From: Chiloscyllium plagiosum
Lineage: Eukaryota
Direction: 5' to 3'
DNA: 64,000 bases
Assembly (NCBI RefSeq): GCF_004010195.1
Contig: NC_057728.1
Location: 47,712,166 to 47,776,165 of the forward strand
Position 1 is the stretch's first letter. Every line of letters begins with the position of its first letter. Positions 53,031 to 63,769 of the stretch are shown one piece after another. The notes under the pieces were generated by a model that worked only from the letters and a program-made list of their open reading frames with translations, searched no databases and was not told the DNA's origin. The translations under genes and the position numbers were made by a program.

Positions 53031-53551
53031 TACTCAACAATGGACCTATCAGCAGTAAACATGGGAGAGAACCAGCCTGTGACTGGAGGTGCCTCCAGCA
53101 GCTAGGTAGGTGAGTTCTTGGAGCGATGGAATTCCTGGGGAATGTCTGCCCAGGGCAGGAACAGAGCCAGAATATCAGGAGCAGGAGGTGACAAGATCTA
53201 AAGGCTAGCTGCCACTGTGCCAGGGCCAGAGGCAACTTTCTTGTCTAGAATAGAAGGGAGGAGCCAGGACCTGTCTTTTTATCTGCTTGAGGGATCCAGA
53301 AAGTTTGGTGAGAATAAGGCTGCGAGGGAGAGGAAGAATGGAGGCCCAAAGGGAGCTGCAGTGGACTTTAAAGTTGAGAGAAGAGGCTGCAAGGGGTGGG
53401 AGGACATGGAGACTGAATGGGGGTCGTGGGGAGACAGGAATGCTGCAGGATTGGAAAATGTATGGAGGCTGTAAATTGGGCTGGGAAGACAGGGAAGCTG
53501 CAAATAAGGAATGGAGGAGAAAGAGGAAGGGTATAAAGAGAGAATGGGCTC

Positions 53552-53598
53552 ATACAGTCAATAAAGTCAATACAGTCAATACAGTCAATACAGTCAAT
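53552..53598 (+). repeat. 9-bp tandem repeat (ATACAGTCA)x5
   Basis: Five consecutive units, one with a C>A change. Confidence 0.95.
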
Positions 53599-55056
53599 TG
53601 ATTATGAGCTCAGAAAACCTGAGATCACTGAAGTAATGAATTACTTGCAAATGAATGTGAGATCTCTGACTGAAGGCTCCTTAAATTCAGGTGGAAATTA
53701 AGTTGAAGCTGTGTAATGAATACTAAAATAATTTTTTAATTTAAATCTGAAATTGAGATCTGAAATGCAATTTTTTAAATAAAGGCATGGTAACTTCCTG
53801 GTTAGAAACATCCATCTTTGTGAATATGTGCTGGAAACATATTGGCTTTGACCTGACTGCTCTCCGGTGAGAGAGTTTAGGGTGGGGCTTTGCGTTTGTA
53901 GAAATATATATCAGTCACTTTGAAAATAATTTTTATTCTAACATATATCTGATGTTTTGGGCAGTTTAAATACCACGGTGTTGTATTGCCAAAACATTTT
54001 GTCTTGAACTCATCAAATCAATTTGCAAAAAAAATGTTCAAGATGAAAACCAGAATTTATACTGCATGAGAGGAGAACACAGATTAATTGGTAAGTGAAT
54101 TTTGCTTGGTACAGATAATGCCATGGAGAATGCATCCATTAAGTCTGGTTGGCAGTTAACTGCCATGCTGCCTTTAAATTTTAAACCAGTCAGGTTGACT
54201 TTAATTGTTCAAGGCATTGCCCTGAGAAAGGATTCTGTGTATGGCTGCCATCTATTTGAATTGAAACAGGAGTAGTGCATGTACAAATTCTTTTTGTCTG
54301 TAACAAGTAGGGTGTTGTCTATTAATATATGTCACCTTCAATATTCACAAATACATCACATTGTGACTATGGTCAATAACCCTAAATTCCTCATACATTC
54401 AAGCAAATGTTGAAAATGGCAGAATCATGAATGCTGGGTTGAGAGTTGTGTATGCATAGGCTGGCTGTTTATGGTTGGTAGCTTGCTTGTTGTGAATAGC
54501 CAAAAGGACGTGCTGTTTGATATGATCTACCAGAAGGATAAATAGTGTAATAGCTGTTATTATAATGGCACAGAAAGTGTACATATCCTAAACACATGAA
54601 GTTCATAAGATGGTCACCTTTGGTCCTGTAAAGTAACCAGTCCTTCTCAGATTATGCTGAAGGATAAGATATCGCAGAGTTGAGCAACAGGTGAAGCTAG
54701 TTCTAAATATTATGCTAGACTAACTTGCTACCCTCAAGAAAAGAATGTGTTCTGCTTATCACGCAAATGAATAATGTGGTATATGAATTTTATTGCCAGT
54801 GTGATGATGAGTACAAGAAGAAACGTTTCAAGAAAGTGGATCTTTCTTAGTATTACTCCAGTCCTGTCCTACCAAACGACTGTAGTGTCTAGGAAATGAA
54901 TGCTTGTCTTAGTTGCTATGACAGTAAGTTACACCACCATTTGATAATTACTGAGGGTATTGATGAATTCTTCTAATTCAGCTACTGTAGGAGTCCAAAA
55001 CTACAGAAGTCAGATATACAAAAAGTCATGTTACCATGGAACTGCATCATCTAATA

Positions 55057-55256
55057 CAGTTGGTTCTGCTATAATGTGGTAGTTATATTCTCACGCAATC
55101 CCGTGTTATTAGAAAATTGTGTAATAGCAGCACCATTTAAACTAAGGGGACCGGAATCGCATTATAACCAATACACACTTTAAAAGTCCCTAATTCGTCA
55201 ATCGCATTATATGGGAATTCGTATTAACAAAGTGCACGTTATAGCAGAACAACCTG
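55057..55256. mobile_element. 200-bp MITE, Tc1/mariner-pogo (Tigger-like) type
   Basis: TIRs CAGTTGGTTCTGCTATAATGTG and (reverse complement of right end) CAGGTTGTTCTGCTATAACGTG. TA on both sides (55055-56, 55257-58). Confidence 0.85.
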
Positions 55257-55910
55257 TACAAGAGTTAGTGAGAATGGAAATAAGATTCCCAAAAAAATAT
55301 AAGTTAGAACTCAAAACTTAAAGAGCTGACTTCAAGAGGAGCCCAGGGGAAAAAAAGATTACAAGCATACAGCTCGTAACTCAACCATTCACTGTTTCAA
55401 CAAATATCACTTCACAATATTTATGTTAACTTAATCAACTTGTTAATCATAAGCATTTGAGTGAAATCCCAGTTAATGCCCAACACCTGCACATAATTAA
55501 ACACAATTAATATATAATTAATACACTGATCCTTCTCAAAAAAGACCAGAGCATTTGATGTGATGTACGTTACAACATTTGGCTCTTAACTAACATCATT
55601 AAATAAATTATGGGTCTTTAACTCATAGCTGCATCTGGGATCGTGCTTTACTTGCAATGGTTGTTCCATTCTGTCCATTATAAATGTGACTACTTTTTAA
55701 ATATTGGCCTTTGCTGACAACTTTATAGTCCACTTGGCATCAACAAGACTGCAGGGATTAACAATTCAACAACAATCATTGACACTCCAAATTGAGAGTA
55801 TGATACTGACAAAAGAATTTTATACTTTGTTGTTGGAAAACAGGGAAGCCTTAAATTTCATTATACATAACCAAGGTGCACTAAACAAAAAGAAACCCCA
55901 AAGAATTGTG

Positions 55911-56078
55911 GACGCTGAAAATCAGAAACACAGAGTTTGTTGGAAAGTCTCAGCAGATCTAGCAGCAGCTGTGGAGAGAAAGCAGAACTCAGTTCTGAAG
56001 AAGGATCACTGGACTGGAAACATTACCTCTGCTTTCTTTCAACAGATGCTGCTGATTATTTCCAACAATTTTTGTTTG
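55911..56078. mobile_element. Penelope-type family C inverted copy, degenerate hammerhead
   Basis: Left GCAGCAGCTGTGGAGAGAAAGCAGA is the reverse complement of right TCTGCTTTCTTTCAACAGATGCTGC. The centre reads CTGAAGA-A-GGATCACTGGACTG-GAAA-CA-TT. Confidence 0.6.
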
Positions 56079-57808
56079 TGTACCAAGACTCACTGCTTGC
56101 CTTAGACAAGTACCAGTTGGATTTGAAAGTACCAACAGTTGCGATCATCTTGACTGAAATAAATAGTTTGAAGGGGTACTTGTTGTACTACATTTCGAAG
56201 TTACCACAGAATTATTGCATCTGTCTTACAACAAATTCATTTTATAACATTAGGATAAATAGTCTTAAAAATATATGTAATCCTCTTTTATGATGCCGTT
56301 TTCTTTCACCACATACGTTGGTCACCTTGGTTATAAGTATTTTGTAACATTAACACATTTTAATAGGATAGGATGGTCAGTCAAGATGTCTCTCCGTCAA
56401 ACAATTTGTGACTCTATATCAGAAATATTTGTTGCACCAAGCTGTATAACAGCAATGATGGGCAATTCAAAATTATGAATTGTTCCACATTCTGACATGC
56501 ATCTCAGAGAGGAAATTAATTCCTGTGTAAACATAAGTCTCTTTATTTCCTTTGTTCTCTCTTATAAGAGAAAACTGACAAAGGTTATCTACCAGTGACT
56601 GGCAGCAATGGAAATTGAACCTATTAGTTTAGCCAATGTTGTGATGGCTTCATGAAGTCATACAAGTACCTGGATCAGGATTATGATCCCTCCTTTGGAT
56701 TTCTTCAAGTGCCAACAAAATCCAAGCTGTCCTGAAAGTGTAGCTGTCTTCGCCACCAACAATCAATTCTGTTCACACTTTATCCCATCTCTTTTGCAGA
56801 AGGCAAATGCATTCTATGCAACAATCTTTGGCCTGACAAACACCTTTTTCATATCTATCACAGGAGTATGTGTACTAAACTTCTGTCCCTAGGCAAAATG
56901 AATTACTCATTATTTAGGTGAAACAAACATTTCCTTACTAGCCAGAGCAAAGATGATTAATGATCATATCTCAAATTTCTGTCAGCTTCAAAGAGCCTTC
57001 ACCTATGAAAATACACTGCATTGTGTCCTCTTTGACATTTATTATTTGAGGCTATGCATTACTTTATCGCTTTATTAGGTGATACTTTGTTCAAAACACG
57101 CACAATGAAATTAGAGATTTTAGCTTCTTAAGGCACTAAGAAATAAATTCGGAAGATTGGTATTGACGATGTGCCAAGTTGCTCAATAGAAGCAGATTCT
57201 TAAACAAAATAATCTTGAACACATTTTTCCAAAGGTGAGATAACATTTTTATGTGATATTTTCACACAGTTTTATGAAGTCCACGCTCACAAAAGCTTAG
57301 ACTTGACTCTCAGCAAAATGAAAGTGAACAAACTTCAGAAAGCACATTCAATCACAAAACATGATATTGCCCTTGAAAATATCAATCAATAGAAATTATG
57401 TTTGCTTATCCTGTATTTACAGCTACAAGTATTGTGTTGGAACCCTAGGCCCAACCAAATGGACAAGGTAGACTTGCTTGTACTCATCTGCAATGCAGCA
57501 CCAATCCAAGAGTCTATGATGGTCAGAAACACATGTATTTTTGGACAGTAATTTTTTTTTATGCATGGGAAATTTCTGATAGAACATGTATTCTGACAGC
57601 TAAGCCTACATGTATAGTAATACATACTGAGTCGTTTGGCAGCAGTTTCCCAATAGTCGAGTTAAATTTGAGCATGTGAACATCTTACAAACCTGAACAC
57701 AATATTCCACATGACTTAAGATATTTGCAGTTTTTTTTTGTTCAGTGCTTCAAAAAACACTCATTACCTAAGCAGCAAAGGTTTCAAATAAAAGAGGAGT
57801 TTACTCAC

Positions 57809-57880
57809 AGGACTTTAAGATTGTAAAGACCAGCAAATGCTCCCAAGGGGATGTGTTTTAAGTCATTTCCTGCAAGACGC
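57809..57880 (-). CDS. LGR5: LGR5 exon 3 equivalent (72 bp LRR exon)
   Basis: Minus strand: cccgcAG|G CGT CTT GCA GGA AAT GAC...AAA GTC CT|GTgag. Translates RLAGNDLKHIPLGAFAGLYNLKVL, close to human LGR5 RLAGNALTYIPKGAFTGLYSLKVL (recalled). Not in the ORF track. Confidence 0.93.
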
Positions 57881-59029
57881 CTGCGGGTGAAAGAATAATC
57901 AAACACATTTTCTTCATGTGGGATTCATTTAGAAGCTAAAAAACACAATGACAATATTTAAAAAATAAGGGCTTTCATTTTAAAAGCTGTGCCGAGTGTA
58001 AAAAACATTGACTGTAAAATATCTCTTTTCATTACATCTGTCACGTTAATCACTTCTAACAAATAAAGTCTGGAATTTCACATTCACAATATTTTGTAAT
58101 TTTTTTAGCAGTTAAAGAAATTAAAATCATAGTGAACACAATTTTTAGTCTGATAGTACAATAACAGGAATCATGCAAAGGTGGCTGAAAAAAATAACTG
58201 ATTGATTGAGAAAGTAAAAATATTGCTGATACTGAAATTCTGGACTGCACTCAGAAATTGCTGGAGGAACTCAGCAGGCTTGGCAGCATCTGTGAAGAGA
58301 GAAACAAGTTAACATATTGAGTCCAACTCTTCAGAGTTCCAAAGAAGCCATGAGACCAAAACGATTGGAACAGGAATAGACCATTCGCTCCTTGCGCCCG
58401 CTTTGCCATTCAATAGGACCATGGCTAGTCTGGCATTCCTCATATCCACTTTCCTCACAATCATTGATTCACCTACTGTTCAAGAATCTATCTATCTCAG
58501 CCTTAAATATACACAAGAACTCTGCCTGTAGTGCTCTCTGTGGCAATGAGTTCCAAAGACTCACAACACTCAGAGTAGAAATTCCTCCTCATCTCAATGT
58601 TAAATTGGCATCCCTTTATTCTAAGACTATGCCCTTGAGTCCTGGACCCTTCCTTCAGGGGAAACATCTTCTTAGCATTTACCCTGTCAGGAATCCTTCA
58701 GCGAATGTTTCAATGAGATCACCTCTCATTCTTCCGGTGAGTTTCATCCCAACCCGTTTAATCTTTGCTCATAAGCCATACCAGGGTCATGCTAGTGAAT
58801 CTTCCCTAAACTGCCTACAATGAAATATCTTTCCTTAAGGGAACAAAAACTGCTCACGGTACTGCAAATATGGTATCACCAGCACATTGGACATGGGCTG
58901 TAAGACTTCCCTACTCTTATAAGTTAACCCCCTTGAAATAAGGGGCAACATTCCATTCACCTTCCAGTTTATGTGCTGCTCCTTATGCTAGCTTCTTCTG
59001 TTTTATGCAGAATTACCCCCCAAACCCCA

Positions 59030-59466
59030 AGGGTATTGCCAGGGTTGGAGGATTTGAGCTATAGGGAGAGGCTAAACAGCCTGGGGCTGTTTTCCCTGGA
59101 GCGTCAGAAGCTGAGGGGTGACCTTATAGAGGTTTACAAAATTATGAGGGGCACGGATAGGATAAATAGACAAAGTCTTTTCCATGGGATCGGGGAGTCC
59201 AGAACTAGAGCACATAGGTTTAGGGGAAGAGGATAAAGATATAAAAGAGACCTAAGGGGCAACTTTTTCATGCAGAGGGTGGTACATGTATGGAATGAGC
59301 TGCCAGAGGATATAGTGGAGGCTGGTACAACTGCAACCTTTATGAGGCATTTGGATGTGTATATGAATAGGAGGGGTTTGGAGGGATATGGGCCAGGATA
59401 TCTGGTCGACATGGACAGGTTGGACCGAAGGGTCTGTTTCCATGCTGTACATCTCCATGACTCTAT
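59030..59466 (+). mobile_element. CR1 LINE 3' fragment (young, nested)
   Basis: ORFs 58973..59236 (distal part) and 59270..59470; CATGACTCTA tail. Confidence 0.88.
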
Positions 59467-60574
59467 TTAGAAAATACTGTACTTTGTTTTGTTCTCCCTT
59501 TCAAAATGAACAACTTTTTGCTCTCCCTTGGCCATTTCTTTAGCCCACTTTTTAAAAAAAACTTATTAATATCTCATCTCAATGTTTGTATCTCTCTCAC
59601 AACCTACCTTTCCACCAATTTTTGCGTTGTCTACAAATTTGGCCACAGTACATTCACTTCTTTCCTTCCAAATCATTAATATATATTGCAAACAATTGCG
59701 GTCCCAGCATTGATCCCTGCAGAATCTGATTGGTCAAGGGTCGCTAGCCTGAAAAAGAACTCCTTATTCCCACTCGTATATTCCTGCCCATTAGCTAATT
59801 CTCTATCCATGCCAATATACTCCCTCCAACACCGTGGGCTCTTATCTTATGGCTCAACCTTTTGTGCGGTACTTTGTCCAGGGCTTTCTGGAAGTTCAAA
59901 TACTACACATCTACTGGTTCCTCTCTCTCCACTCCGTTTGGGACTTCCTCAAAAAACTTTTAAAAATTCATCAGCCATGGTTTCCCTTTCATGAAGCCAT
60001 GCTGAATTTGCTCGATTAGAGTAAGCTTTTCCAAACGTTCTGCTAATACTTCCTGAATAATTGATGCCAGTTCCTCTCCAACAAACGGATAATAGGCTAA
60101 TCAGCCTATAGTTACCTGCTTCGTGCCTCCCTCCCTTTTTGAATAGGGTTGTCATATTAGCAGTTTTCCAATCCTCGTAGTCTTCTCCAGAATCCAACAG
60201 ATTTTGGAAAATTATGGATCTATAATTTCTTTGGCTATCTTTTTAAGAATAATAGCAGGGCCAGGAGATCGACTTGCCCATTAGCATGTCTATACTGTTT
60301 TAATGATGGTGATGGTACTTAATTCCTCCCCTATATTCTTTATTATTAATGGAATAAAGACTAATGCAAAATATCTATTTAAGTATTCTGCCAATTCCTT
60401 GTTACCCAAAACTGTCTCCCCAGATTCATTTACTAAGGGTTCTATGTTCACTTTGACTTCTCTCTTCCTTTTTACTTATTTCAAGGAGCTTATTTGATCA
60501 GTTTTTATATTCCTTGCTAGTTTGCCCTCTTAGTTTATTTTTTCTGTCTTTATTACCTCAACTGAGTTCAAAAG

Positions 60575-60942
60575 GATGAGAGGCAATCCCATTGAAACTT
60601 ACAGAATACTGAGAGGCCTGGGCAGAGTGGACATGGAAAAGATGTTTCCACTAGCAGAAGAGACTAGGACCCAAAGGCACAGCCTCAGAGTGAAGGGTCA
60701 ACCTTTTAGAACTGAAATGAGGAGGAATTACTTCAGCCAGAGGGTGGTTAATCTGTGGAACTCATTGCCAAAGAGGCCTGTGGAAGCCAAGTCATTGAGT
60801 ATACTTAAGACAGAGTTAGGTAGGTTCTTGATTAGTATGGGGTTGAAAGGTTAAGGAGAGAAGGTAGGAGAATGGGGTTGAGAAACGTATCAGCCATGAT
60901 TAAATGATGGACTCGATTTACTGAGCTTATATCTTATGGTTC
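60575..60942 (+). mobile_element. CR1 LINE 3' fragment (nested)
   Basis: ORF 60576..60854 MRGNPIETY...FSQRVVNLWNSLP. Confidence 0.85.
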
Positions 60943-61140
60943 TGCCTCTCTAAAAGGTCAAACATCCCTAAGTGTTAAGTTCTTAGTTTTGATCTGCGTA
61001 TAACCATGTTTCTGTAAAGGCAATGAGATTATACTCATTTACCACTATTTTCACCATCAGTCATCTATCTTATTCTCAATGCTTCATGCATTAAGCTACA
61101 GAGCCTTTAAGTTTGTTCTATTATTGAATCTCCCCCTTTT

Positions 61141-62075
61141 TGTTTATAGATATTTTTATTAGAAATTTAACATTTTTACAAGTTTACAAAAATAAACAAA
61201 ACTCTCAGATATAAACATTGATATACAATTAGCTCAAATATACAATAGCCAAAATTTGATTAAAAAAAACAAAACAACAAAAAAAAAACCGAAAAGAAAA
61301 AAAAACAAACAAACAAAACACTCAACTATCTACTAATCTAACCTACAACTAACCAGAGTGTATATTTAAGTCTCTTACATGCTCGGGATGTGTTAACATC
61401 AGATATGATAAAACCCGTATTCGTGCGGGATTCCTCCCCAGAGGGGCCGCGGACCAGCCAGGTTTGTAATCTCAATTAAATAAAAGCCCTTGTTAGGATA
61501 GCCGAAATATCTGTATTTATGTAATTCAAAAAGGGCTGCCATATTTTATAAAATAATTCGGTCTTTCAGTGCACCATATTTGTAAGGAAGTCAAGGGGAA
61601 TACATTCCATAATTAATCTGTGCCAATTTGAAAGTCCAGGAGGGATCTTATGACAGGTCCATAAGCAATGTACAAGAGTGCCCATCTCTATTTTGCATTT
61701 AGGACACATTGGAGGTGCTCCTGCCTTAAATTTTGCCAATCGAATCGGTGCTATATGGGCCCTATGAAGTATCTTCAGCTGGATAGCCTGGGTTCTAGCA
61801 TTTTCCCAGATATCATTCCACGTTTCTGTGGAGATTTCTAGTCCCAGATCCTGATCCCATGTTTTAAGCAGATTATCCATATCTCCCGATACTTCATCAT
61901 GTAGTAAATGATAAATAGTACTGACGGAAGATACCCCCACTGGTCGTAGGACACTACATTCTCTATCGGATTTATAAAGACTATCTAATAACGTAGTAGT
62001 CTTCTGTATATAATCTCGAATTTGGAAGTATCGAAAGAGGTCTCCATTGGGTAATCCGAATTTCTGACGCAGCTG
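61141..62075 (-). mobile_element. L1-clade LINE 3' fragment with CCHC knuckle, polyA end and 11-bp TSD
   Basis: ORF 61566..61940 ..WDQDLG..W..IW..QLKILHR..CPKC-x8-H-x4-C is an L1 ORF2 C-terminus. Minus-strand AATAAA and A-rich tail at ~61137..61162. CTCCCCCTTTT at 61130..61140 and 62076..62086. Confidence 0.85.
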
Positions 62076-62360
62076 CTCCCCCTTTTTTTAATGGTTCCCT
62101 GGTACAATATGACATTAACATATTCTGTCCCTTCCTTTTTTTCTGGCAACGATCAACCCCATTACTCACCTGCAACCCTACTTTCTCCTTTACCTTTGAT
62201 TTTATAATTTGGCATGCAACTGAACACACTCTCTCACTATTTAGTTTAAAGCCCTATCTACACCTCTAGTTATATGATTCACCAGGACTCTGGTCCCAGT
62301 ATCCCATCAGAACAGCTCTCTCCTTCCCCAATACTGATGCCAGTGTCCAATGAATTCAAG

Positions 62361-62636
62361 GAGAAAGTGAGGACTGCAGATGCTGGAGATCAGAGCTGAA
62401 AATGTGTTGCTGGAAAAGCGCAACAGGTCAGGCAGCATCCAAGGAGCAGGAGAATCGACTTTTTGGGCATGAGCCCTCCTTCAGGAATGAGGAAGGTGTG
62501 CCAAGCAGGCTAAGATCTTAGCCTGCTTGGCACACCTTCCTCATTCCTGAAGAAGGGCTCATGCCCAAAATGTCGATTCTCCTGCTCCTTGGATGCTGCC
62601 TGACCTGCTGCGCTTTTCCAGCAACACATTTTCAGC
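62361..62636. mobile_element. Penelope-type family A, zero-spacer palindrome, 15-bp near-TSD
   Basis: Arms 62393..62515 and 62516..62638 meet at TAAGA|TCTTA. TCCAATGA(A/T)TTCAAG at 62346..62360 and 62637..62651. Confidence 0.9.
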
Positions 62637-63769
62637 TCCAATGATTTCAAGCCAATTTCTCCCACACTAATTTGAACACGTATTTACTTTTTTAATCTTG
62701 TTGAGTCTGTGCTAATTTGCTCATACCTCACATGGTAATCTAGAGATTATTACTTTTTTGGTTCTACTCATATTCCCTCAGCACAACCTCATTTTATCAA
62801 TATTATTAGTTCCTGCATGAACCCACGTGGCAATTTGATCTTTCCTTTCCCATTTCAAGTTCTTCTATAGCCCAGATGAATTCTGCAGTGAATTCCCATG
62901 CTACCACCAAAATATTAGACTCTGAAAGTTAATTTTGTTTCTCTCTCTGTTGATGCTGCTATGTCTGCTGAGCTTTTTCAGCATTGTGTTTTTACAATAA
63001 AATAAACATTTTTTAATATTCATTGAATCATCACTGCTATGATGTTTGATGATTTTACAGACGTGAACTTACAGGAATTGCTGTTTATTGACAGCATGCA
63101 GCAATAGGTTTTTAAAAGTTCATCTTTGAGGCACAATAAATTACAATATTAATTTTAAAAAACTTTAGTCTTTTGAAGTGTAATATGTTGTTGACTTGAG
63201 GAAAATTGCTGCTTCCTGAGGACCTTTAGGCTGGAGTCTAAGTGTATCTTTCAGTATAACTTATAGCTAGTTCCTGTCCTGTGCTGTAGACCCAATTCTG
63301 TAATAAAGCATTAATTTTTAGCTGTGGACCAACCTTGCATATTTGGGTAAGATCGATGTAGATTACTGTAGGAAACATGCCATGAGGGAGTGCTCAGTAT
63401 CCACATAACATTGTGCTGACACAGAATACCTCAAATGGAATGATTCAGCTTTGAACACTTAATATCCTCATCCTTGTGAGCAGGAGAAAGATTAACTTTT
63501 CTCTAATATACGTATATTAAGTAAGATACTCAAGAAAAGGAAAGTAGAAAGCAACTACTGCTTGAAGGAAATAATTATTACACAATTCACACAGTCAGAT
63601 TCCCTCAACTGCCATAAAAGAGGAACCAATCAATCCTTATTAATTTATAAACAAATGGCTGTATTCTTCAAAGAATGCATTCATGAAACTATATGTTACA
63701 GGCGGTTAGATAAATGTGAAAGTAAATATTAACATGCAGAATGTAGACACACTTCTCTTTACATCATTG

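Larger units (their letters stand above)
58350..62880 (-). mobile_element. Old near-full-length CR1 (ORF1 esterase, EN, RT, 3' UTR) broken by four younger insertions
   Basis: Minus strand shows the 3' UTR at ~58350, RT N-terminus (ORF 59949..60197 GNYRLISL), EN motif LIAFTETWL at ~61001..61030 and ORF1 FIGHWHQYWGRRELF at ~62310..62360. Confidence 0.75.

Noticed and set aside
53552..53598. Direct repeat array as CRISPR
   Set aside because: 9-bp units with no spacers, a vertebrate context and no cas genes.
63073..63145. GTAAG donor-like site as a possible LGR5 exon 2
   Set aside because: The upstream frame has no DLSMNN-like LRR pattern and there is no acceptor at the 72-bp spacing.
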